30,057 nt of DNA from Folioceros fuciformis (Eukaryota). The translations under genes were made by a program, and so were the position numbers. The number at the start of each line of letters is the position of its first letter. Position 1 is the stretch's first letter. The stretch spans positions 267,818 to 297,874 of the forward strand of contig JBNGIO010006274.1 in assembly GCA_049999805.1 (NCBI GenBank). Reading direction: 5' to 3'. Positions 20,269 through 30,057 of this stretch are shown piece after piece. A model generated the notes under the pieces. That model made no database searches. It was not told the origin of the DNA and worked only from the letters and a program-made list of their open reading frames with translations.

Positions 20269-23200
20269 ATGTCAGCAACTCCTCCTCCCCCACCTCTCCC
20301 TCCTGGCACTTACAATCCTGTCTTTACATCTGAGTTAAAAGAGAAGGACAGATTTACTGGTCAGAAATATGAGGTGTGCAGAGGTCGACTTTGTTGGCTA
20401 GAGGAGTCTGGGGCATTGTAGATGGCTCCATCCCTGAACCTCCTCGGACTGCCCTTAAGGGAGAGAGGGATAGATGGGATCATGCAAACAGCATAGGCAT
20501 AGCCCTTCTTGTCTCTGGCCTGTATGAGGATGTTATTCCTCCCATAGCATTTCTAACTAAGGCTAGTGAGATATGGTCACAATTAGAGAGCCAGTACAAG
20601 GTTAGTAATGTCCTTAAACTATGTGCATTACACACGGAGTGTTATGGACTAAAAATGCGAGAAGGAGACAAAGTTCTTGCTCACACCAGCAAACTTAGAC
20701 ACCTTCGAGCCCAACTTACCTCTCTTGGCACTGTGATGGATGAAGTGGACGTGATTGCTCAGCTACTCACCGGCCTGCCACCCATTTACCAAAGTTTTGT
20801 ATTTGCACATAATGTCCCTATCCGACAGAATATCGCTGCCGGTGCTGCAAGGAGACAAGTCACTATCACCTTAGACGAGGTGATAGGTGCACTCTTCTAG
20901 GAAGAGCAGGGCAAGCTCATGTCAGGGTTTGGAAAATCCAAAGCTAACAGAGTTCGAACCGCTTTCCGTGGAAGAGGGGCACAAAAAGACAAGATGCGGA
21001 TGTAGTCCTCATACCAGGGAAACAGAAATGAAGGTCAATGCAATGATGCAGGGCCTTCCACAAAACGCACTGAAAACTGTAACTGGTGTGGCAAACCTTG
21101 GCATTGGGCTAATGAATGTAGGAAAAAGAAAGCCGGGGAGCCACGCAAACCTTCTTGCTCTACTGTTAGTGTTGTTGTGTGTGACAAGCCTGCAGATTCC
21201 AATAAGCTAGTAGTTAAGATTCTAACAGTCTGCTTGTCTACCTTAACAGGGGATGAAGCAGCCTGGTACCTGGATTTTGGGGGCTATAACCCATATATGC
21301 AGGGATGAGTCCCTCTTCACATCCCTAACTCCCTCTTCTAGTATAGAGAGAGTGTACTTAGGTGATGAACGTAATACCACTAGCCTGCAGATATTAGGAC
21401 ATGGTTCCTATATGTTCATGCTTAGTGATGGGTCTACCTTAACTCTGACAGAGGTTTTATATGTGCCTAGTATGGCCAAAAAAGTGCTCTCACTAAGTGG
21501 ACTTCTCAAGCTCAGAAGCTTCCAGCTGACAGCTGAAGAAGGCTCATGTTGCTTCTCCCGAAAGGACTCACCCTCCGTATGTGTGTTCAAGGCTTTACCT
21601 GAACATGACCTTTACTGTCTTGACTTCACAGCCTTGCTGGGGGAAAGCATCAAGCCCATTCTACAAGTGCAGGAAACCTTTCCGCCAAACAGCAGTCTAT
21701 ACTCTGGCATGCATGGCTTGGCCATTTGAATTGCAAAGCTTTAGCATCCCTCAGGCTATCGTGAGCCCCTTCCTACTCACCTCAAGGCACTTACTCTTTG
21801 TGAGACATGTGCCCTTGCTAAGCAGAAGGAGCAACCCTTCCCAACAAGCCCAACTCGCAGATCTTCCCAACCCCTAGAACTAGTGCATGCTGACATATCT
21901 AGTCGTCAGACTATTCCTTCACCATTACAGACGATTACACAAGGTATACTTGGACATTCCCCATGAAGAGGAAAAACGAGACTTTCCCTTTGTTCCAAAC
22001 TTAGCTAGCCACGGTGCAGCACCAAACTAGCTACCTCCTAAAGATCTTTAGATCTGACAATGGCACAGAATTTGTGAATCAGTCCTTCGAAACCCTCTTC
22101 ACCACACAAGGGATCATCCACCAATTAATCGTGCCTTATACGCAACAAGAAAATGGCGTTGCTGAAAGGAAAAATCAAACCTTAATAATCATGACCCAAG
22201 CGATGCTATTGTGGTTAGGCCTCCCATCCCCTTACAGGGCAGAAGCAGTGGTCACCTCAACTTATATATTAAATATGTGGCCCACCAGCTCACTCGTTCC
22301 TAACACAACACCGTTCGAGCTGTTCTGGAAACGCAAGCCTAGCCTCCTTCATCTTCAAATTTTTGGCTCTAAAGCCTATGCATGTAAAGGCATAATACCT
22401 GCAGATAAACAACGGAAGTTAGAGAATCGCTCAAAGCGCCTTATTTTTGTGGATTACAATGAAACAGTAAAGGCATATAAGCTAATTGATCCAATTTCTA
22501 GGCAACCTGTCCTTGCTAGAAGTGTCACATTTTTGGAATCCTTACAGTTTGCCCCGTTGAGAGATGAACTATCTAACCCTTTCGAGCAGCCAGATGATTC
22601 TAATGACATAGTCTCTTGTCTTTGTATCCCTTGGATGTTGGTGGCATTGCCCATAATACACCAACAGATAATCCAGGACCAGATCCTGTTAATCCAGGCC
22701 TTGTTGCTGATGGCAATGTTCATAACCTGCCACATCTCTTGGCACCTGAAGCAGACTTGAACCATTCGAATTATGTTCCAGTTCGATACGATGTAGGAAA
22801 TCTAGAGGACGACTTGGGATTTTTAGATAATCTTGATGCACAGTTAATGGATGACATACCTAATGCTGTTGATGAGCTCCCTCAGCCTGACCTAGTTGTA
22901 GTTGAACTAGCTCAAGACGCTATTGAAGATGCTGGCCCATGTCGCTCTACAAGACACAGACCTTCCCCTTTCGGGTGGAGTGAACCTCCATACTCTAGTA
23001 TTGACTTCAGACATCATGCCGCCTCAGTAGTTTCCTCTCCTCCAGATGTGCCTCCAGAGCCAACTTCTCTTACAGAAGCTCTTACTGGACCAGACAAGGA
23101 CAAATGGAAATTCGTTGTTGATGACGAATACAACAACTGTATTAAAAATGGTACTTGGCGTTTGGTTCCTAGGCTTGCAAACAGGAAAGCTATAACCTAT

Positions 23201-24455
23201 AAGTGGGTGTTTAGCATAAACTTAATGCACAAGGACACATAGCATGTTACAAAGCTAGGCTGTGTGCAAGAGGATATACCCAGGTTGCTGGCTTGGATTA
23301 CCAAGAAACGTTTTCTCCAATTGTACGTGCTCACTCCATCCAGATTATTTTGGCTCTTGCTGCGGAGTATGACCTGGAATTGCAGCAAATGGAAGTTTGC
23401 ACAGCTTTTCTCCATGGTATTCTTGAGGAAGAACTGTACATGGAGCAGCCAAAAGGCTATGTAGACCCTGCACACCCTAATCATGTATGTCAGTTAATCA
23501 AATGCCTGTATGGACTAAAACAGAGTGCAGAACGCTGGTACAAAAGGTGTGATACTGCCTTGAAGTCTCTGGGTTTCACACAATGCAAAGCTTATTCGAA
23601 TGTATATATGTTTCAAGATGGCATGTGTCATCCTCTACCTATGTCATCCTTGCACTTTACATCAATGATGCAATCCTTGCAGCCAGTAACCCTGCAATCC
23701 TGTCACATGTGAAGACCTTGTCAAGGAACACCTTCGAAACGACGGACAGTGGTGACCTACTATTTTGTTTAGGAATCCAGATTTTAAGTGTTAGATCAGA
23801 GGGGCTGCTAATCATCCATCAACACAAGTACATAGCAAAGATTTTACACAGGTTTAATATGACACAGGCCCATCCAACTACTACTTCAGGTGCTGTAGGC
23901 ACGAAACTCACAAGATACGAGTCTCTAGTGATAGAGGCTAATAAGCAGGACATGCTTGATGTGCCATATCATCAGGCTGTTGGCAGCCTGATCTTCGTCA
24001 GCAACTAGACAAGACCAGATGTTCAGCTCTCGGTTAATACTATCTCACAATTCCTAGATAATCCAGGATGTGCGCATTGGACAGCTGTGAAAAGAGTCTT
24101 CCGCTATCTTAAAGGCACACATTATTTTGGTCTATGCTATAGGCGTAGAGGACAGTCGAACCTTGTGCTTGAGGGGTACACGGATGTAGATTGGGCCTCC
24201 GATAGTGACTCACGCAAGACTCTCTCTACATATGCTTTCCTTTTAGAACATGCCACCATCAATTCGAGCTGTAAAAAGCAGACAAGTATTGCCCTGTCCA
24301 ATATAGAGGCCGAATATAAGTCCTTAACGGATGCTACGAAAGAAGTGGAATGGGAGCGGTCCTTCTTACATGATCTTGGGCAGACACAACTTGGTCCTAC
24401 TCACCTATACTACGATAATCAATCTGCGATTGCTCGTGTTGCCAATCCTCGCTTC
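20269..24455 (+). pseudogene. gag-pol: Ty1/Copia #3 gag-pol, decayed and truncated within RNase H (no PPT or 3' LTR)
   Basis: ATG 20269; WGIVDGS, ASEIWSQL, LKMREG, LLTGLPP (gag); CNWCGKPWHWANEC knuckle; WYLD..A.TH protease; LWHAWLGH/CETCALAK; FRSDNGTEF, ENGVAERKN; KNGTW, YKARLCARG, LYGLKQS, LYIND; GYTDVDWASD, DNQSAI..ANPRF, then an abrupt end. Confidence 0.95.
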
Positions 24456-24591
24456 AGTCAGGTTGAAGTGTCACCTGACGTCTGCTTGGCTCTCGTGACG
24501 GCTATGGCCGACAAGCACCAACTGATCTAATGCCGTTCCCACCACCAAGGCATGTCACAAGCCAACAACTGCAAGTCAATTGTCGATCAAT

Positions 24592-27500
24592 TGGGATATC
24601 TTTTGTGTCTAGGAGCACAAGCTAGATGCAAGAAAGGTGCAGGACCGTGCACTGAAACGGCTGTACATCCAGAGGTAGACCTTCTGGGCCCCTGCCCAAG
24701 GATCCAAAGGAGGGCGGGAAATCACAATCCACCAGTCACTACAGGATAAAATCCGGGAGCACGGCACGGACCCGGATTTCTGCTTCCAATGGGTGTCACT
24801 GCACCTCCCGTGCGGGGTGGTTGGGGTGTGCAATGTTTATGCCCCAACGACACCTTGCCTTCGAGTTGCGACATGGAGAAGGATGAAGGACCGTCTAAAC
24901 CCTGCTATTAGTTGGCTAGTGGCAGGGGATTTTAATTTTGTGGAGAGTCCTGAGGATCGCAAGGGTGGCAGCTCAGTAGGTCAACTTCACACATGCAGAA
25001 GATGGACTAAACTCAAGGACTTGCACCTAAATGTGGAGGATCCTTGGAGAACTGTTCCGGCTTTGCGGCACTTGGGCTCTCTTGCGTTTAGCTAGTCAAA
25101 CCAACAAAGCAGCCCCATCCTGAGAAAATTGGACCGTATCTATATCCAGTCCCCTCTGTTTGCCCGTGTGCAAACCTTTGCCATCATTCTTGGTACCGCG
25201 CTATTGGATCATGCCCCTGTCCTGCTAAGCTTTTGCTGTTCGGAATCAGGTAACACCCCTACTGGCTATGTAGGGAAGTTCTTCAGGATGAATACCTCTT
25301 TGCTCAAACGTCCGGGGGTGTGTTTAGACATCAAGGATATCTTCACCAATTTCTACAGTGATCCCAGATACGATCCGCAAGACAAGTTTCTCAAAGCATG
25401 TAGGGAATCATCTCGGTACCTCCGCAACCTAAGACCCAAGGTCAAGTAGGAGGAAAGACGCCAGGAACAAGAGATTAGGGAGGTACTTGGTTCCTTGCAA
25501 AGACGGGCTGAAACTCAATAGCTCTCCCCAGAAGAATTCCAACAGCTGCAAGACACTCTCTTCGCGGTGGATTTGTTTGAGGAACAAAAAGCTCAAGGCT
25601 GGTACAAACGGGCCAAGGTGAAGTGGACAGTGGAAGGTGATCTGCCGAGATGTTTCTTCTTCAACACACTGCACCAAAACCGCAGGAAAACCACCATCCC
25701 CCCTCTCCGGGATGCACAGGGCAACAAAATCTTTGATCCACGACTGTTAAGACAGTTCATTGCTGGAAACTTCAAGGATTTTTTCTTTTCCCAAGGCTCC
25801 TTCAATGGCTGGGAGGATAGGTGGACTCGCTCCTATGGGAGCTACATGAGGAAAATCTCTGAAGTCCAAAGTCGTGAGCTGGAAAGCCCTCTCAGTGTGG
25901 AAGAGCTTCACCGGGCTTTGCTGTACATGCCGCCAGATAAATCCCCAAGACCAAACGGAATTTCCAAGGAATTCTTTGTATGGGGCTGGAGATTCATGGA
26001 AAGCCCACTACAAGCTGCGGTAGGGGACATTTGGGAAAGGGGCTCCATGGGACCGTCTGTCAACAAAAGTCTCATCACCTTATTACCCAAGGTGCAGGCT
26101 TTAGAGTCTATTCTCAACTGGCATCCGATCAGTCTTCTCAACACACTGTACAAACAACTTGCTAAGGTCCTCTCTAATCGCATCTGACATCTGCTTCATG
26201 GCTTGATTGAGCCAGAACAGAGGGGATTTATCAAGAAACAGTGCATACTTGACAGTCTTCTTCTCGTCAAGGACGCCAAGTGGTGGATCCGATACTCCAA
26301 GATGCCAGCCGTCATTATATCCCTCGACTTTCAAAAAGCGTATGACTCTATTGAATGGAACTTTCTCTAGAAAACTCTCAAGCACTTCGGGTTCGGGGAG
26401 AACTTCTTTCGCTGGGTGGTTATTCTGACCAAAGATGCTGGTGCCAAAGTGGCGGTGAATGGTGAAATCTCGGAGCGCTTCCCCATCACCCGATCTGTGA
26501 GGCAAGGATGTCCTCTGGCCCTAGCTCTTTTCTCCATCCTTAGTGATTTACTCATATGGAGAATCAACTCACACCCTGAAGTAGATGGCATCAGAGATCC
26601 ACTCGGCAAAGAATGCAGGATCTCTTGTTTGGCTGACGACACGATGCTGTTGCCAGGGTTGATGAAAGATCGTTGCAAGCCATGATGTAGGTCATTGAGG
26701 AGTTTGGCGTATTATCGGGGTGTAAAGTTAACTCGGCCAAAACAAAGATGATATGCCTAAACACAGGTGACAGAATCCCCATCCCGGTGATCCATATTGA
26801 GCGCATCTGTCAAAACCACCAGTTCCACAAATAACTTGGTATCCCTCTACAGGAGGGGGAGGAGGATGGGGAAATCAGGAAGTATATTGTTTCAAGGTTC
26901 ATCAGGAAAGCTCAAGCCCTTCAAATATTACAGCTCTCCATGGTGGCCAGGATAGTTGCCATAAACTACATCCTGACAGCAATGTTATGGTATTTCCTAT
27001 TCGTTTGGTCCCCGTCTCGAGCGAACATTGCCAGGCTAAAACAAACCATCAGACAAATCTTATGGAGTGGGCCAGTGGAGGGGGAAGGCAACTGCCAAAA
27101 AGTAGCTTGGGATCTCCTAACTCAACCCAAACTTCATGGTGGCCTAGCCTTAGTGGACCCAGTCCTCAAGACCCAGGCTCTTCACGCACAGTATGGGTCA
27201 AAGCTATGGGTCCTCTGGACTTCCCATGGAAGAACTTCATTGCTAGACTCCATAGTGCCCAACTTAGCAAGATGGATCAACAGGGCATAGTGCATGTTCT
27301 TGCAGACCGCGTCCCGTTCGCTCAAGGGGAAGGGTCACCACTATGGCACTCCATTTGAAGTAGTTTCCGCAAGGCTCTGGCTCGCTGGCAACACCCGGAT
27401 AAACGTTCAGAAGCTCTGGCATTACCTCTGTAGGGTCTACCCCACATGTGGTCACCAGAGCAAGCAAGCACGCAAGATCAGAAAGTCCCAACACTTTCGG

Positions 27501-27940
27501 AATGCTGGACTGAGGGGCATAGTGTTCTTGCGAGACGTTTGGGACTGGGAACAAGAGTCATGGAAATCTCCCTTCCAACTTCAAATGTAGTTTGGACTCT
27601 TTGCAACCTGTGCGAGAGTCATCCTAAACACTATACGCAGGGATTTGTTGGCTAGCCTAAGAGAAGTGATATCTCAAGCAGCCCCCAGACAAGCGGGGGT
27701 TTCTGTTATAGTGGAAGCACCCACTAGACTTCCCGGATCCCCGCTCAATAGTACGTCAGTTTTTCAGCTGGGTGGGGCCTCCGGGTCTAGAGTTGGAGCA
27801 AGGAGATGAATACCGGATCAAGTCGAGCTTGGGAGACCTCAGACTAGTTGCACAGAGGCAAGACATCAGGGAGTTCCTTGTCTCCCCTGTCACAGTTCTC
27901 TTTGGCTCTGCGAATGGCAGATGTTGGCGGCTGTAGGACG
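24592..27940 (+). mobile_element. L1-clade LINE ORF2 (APE endonuclease + reverse transcriptase), decayed and truncated at both ends
   Basis: DIFCV*E, NVYAP, GDFN, LDRIY, DHAPV (endonuclease); KSPRPNG..EFF, PISLLNTLYK, QRGFI, LDFQKAYD, VRQGCPL, LADD, K*LG, VAWD..TQPK..GGL (RT and downstream). No polyA tail seen; the 3' end is approximate. Confidence 0.93.
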
Positions 27941-28217
27941 AGATCCTGTGCTCCCCCTCATGTTGGGGAGGGGACACCGTCTAGTGGGAACAGTGCCGGA
28001 CACATGAGTTGCAGTTCTCAACCAGCTGCTAGAGATGGCCGGCCAAGCTTGATCGTCCAGGTGACCCTAAACCCTAAACCCATAGGCCAAAACCCCATAG
28101 CCGCAAGGTATCGCCCTTCAAAAACACTAGGAGCATTCTTTAATCCAAATGGAATAACAATACACTATCATAGGCATTTATTGCCCCAAAAAGAAATCTT
28201 CTTATCCTCCTCCTCCA

Positions 28218-28570
28218 TCATATCTCATTCAATGACCTATAATCCCCACATATTGTCTTCTCTTTCCAATTACCATATACATCTTTTTTGGGTGGAAGTA
28301 CTGTAGTGACTACATGCTTTGACTCTAGGAACCTAATCAATCCTGCCTCCAACAATTCATGACACTTTTTGTCTACAATCTCATTCTCTACCTTTCTCAA
28401 GCGGTATGGCCTTCTAAAAATTGATTATGAAGTTTGAAGATAAATTGTAAACTTAAACGTCTTATGTCTATCCAATTCTTTATTGGAAAAAGCAAACACT
28501 TGCCTTCTATCCTCCATAATCTTTGCAAAGTCTTCCCTATCATTAGTACTCATTTCCTCATACACATCCC
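28218..28570 (-). pseudogene. pol: Ty3/Gypsy reverse transcriptase N-terminal fragment
   Basis: VFAFSNKEL..H..F.I.L....IFRRPYRL...E...V...C.ELLEAGLI...S....TVLPPKKD..GNW.EK.ICGDYRSLN, the Gypsy RT start up to DYRxLN, then lost. Confidence 0.85.
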
Positions 28571-30057
28571 ACTGGAAATCCGCATGCTCTTTTTTCTCAC
28601 AAATGTTCTGACTATCAACCAAACTGGCACTATTTCTTCCCCCTCCTGCAACTTCTACAATCTTTTCACTAGTCTTCATTTGCTTGCTTCTTTTCAAACC
28701 ACTACTAAAAGTGTCATCACTTCCTCTCATCCTCTTGGTTGCGCCCCCTGTGGCGGCAAAACCTCGGGCACTGATTGCCAATGAGGTCAACCTTTAGTGG
28801 CCACACTGATCCCATTGTCGTTGAGTCATTGGGTTTCATTCCCACGAAGGAGTGATGAGGTTCCTCACTACTATGGATGGAGGTCGGACTGAATTGACTC
28901 GATAACAGATTTGAGGGCTGCCCTCCAGCTCCTATCAGACGTGGGACAGTCCTCGCTGTCCAACAGTCAATTGCACCTCTCTCGGTGCCCACAAATGCAC
29001 TCTAGTCACTACAACGACACTAAGCTCTCAGATCTGCGACTTTCCTCACTCACTTACTTCACTCACTCACTCACTCCCACACCAACAATCAGCAAGAACA
29101 CCACTACCTTCTACACTTCCCTATCAACTCTCCCACTCGGCAAGAGTCACTAGACCTACTCCAAAGAAGAGCATGACATCACCCACGATCCTACCAAACA
29201 CCATGCAAGCATGGTCGGCACACACTCCAGCCTTGCGAGGAAACGAGAATGACAGATCATGGGGACACGACACGGAGAGCACAATCAAGAATTAAAGGGA
29301 CCTAGCCCTTAACCTTGGCCACCACTTCTCAAAGCTTGACCAGACGCTGGACACATGCATAGTAGGCACACACTGCTATATCTAAGCAGGAACAGCCTGA
29401 GAGAGCCCGGAAAGTGATAACCTGCCTCCTATAGGCTCACTCCATCTTATAGGAGCATGTCTCTCTCTTACCTCACCTCTCTCTAGCTTGAAAATTATTA
29501 TTTTAATAAGACCATTAGCCTAGCCGGCTGTCACCAGCCACTTATTTAGACTTCCTTGGCACATTCTGCCGCCAATATTGATAACCTGGCCCGACAACTT
29601 GCTGACCCTACCAGCACAAGTATCCACCACCTATTAAACTATTCTAAGACCTTGAAGGATGCTTGATCTTCAAAGATCTTGCGGACGCCGCCTCTTTCTT
29701 CCTGGATAGCTGCTCGCAAAGCCTTCCCCTGCAACTGTTCCCCTTGGCGGCTGAGCTTGCCTCCATGGGAGAAGTATGAGCAGTGGGAAAAGAAAGGGAA
29801 GAGGTGAGAAGAAGTGTGATTAGCAGCCAGAACCGGGCCAGAAATCAGCAACTTATTCAATAGAATCGGCTTCTAGCCGATTCGGTTCCTCGGCCATTGA
29901 AAACTGATTCTAGGGTCCAGGGACAGTTCAAACCATCGACCAAGTGAGATAGGTAAGGGTCATACTTTCTAGAATTATCTCCCAAAAAATAGCAAAGAAA
30001 AGGAAAAAAATTAAAGGAAATGGGAAAAAGGGGAGGAAGGCGGGATGAGCAGCTCTC

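Noticed and set aside
4444-24455. Copia #1 and #3 as arms of one large inverted duplication
   Set aside because: Similarity is at protein-family level with many differences and unrelated linkers, indicating independent insertions.
27951-27960. Reverse-strand TGAGGGGGAG resembling a Copia PPT
   Set aside because: Not followed by a TG-starting LTR and no Copia pol upstream on that strand.
29196-29203. Minus-strand TGGTGTTT as a tRNA-Val PBS
   Set aside because: Only 8 nt of complementarity, and no LTR boundary could be confirmed.

Overview
Eukaryotic (plant) nuclear DNA made almost entirely of nested, decayed transposons. The Gypsy/LINE motifs and repeat style suggest a non-seed land plant, but that is inference. 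Left to right: a GC-rich island with a probable first coding exon ending in a perfect CAG|GTAAG donor (198-388); a probable minus-strand LTR remnant and a stop-riddled retrotransposon accessory ORF (~1420-4165); Ty1/Copia #1 (minus, 4444-7797); a CACTA/En-Spm Tnp2 transposase remnant (minus, ~7830-8724); Ty1/Copia #2 (plus, ~8906-15620), split by a ~1.25 kb solo LTR and carrying an antisense ORF between pol and its 3' LTR; an intact, intronless ORF encoding RRM2-3-4 of poly(A)-binding protein with no RRM1 and no MLLE domain (minus, 15764-16819), with TATA and telo-box upstream; AT-rich degenerate repeats and a 100-N gap; an LTR plus tRNA-iMet PBS and Ty1/Copia #3 (plus, 19211-24455); a decayed L1-type LINE ORF2 (~24592-27940); and a Ty3/Gypsy RT fragment (minus, ~28218-28570). 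The best novelty candidate is the truncated PABP gene. It is the only long non-TE ORF left intact here, and removing Copia #2 places it directly upstream of, and co-oriented with, the CACTA transposase, so it may be transposon cargo. The second candidate is the antisense accessory ORF of Copia #2. All calls come from motif recognition by eye; no searches were run.
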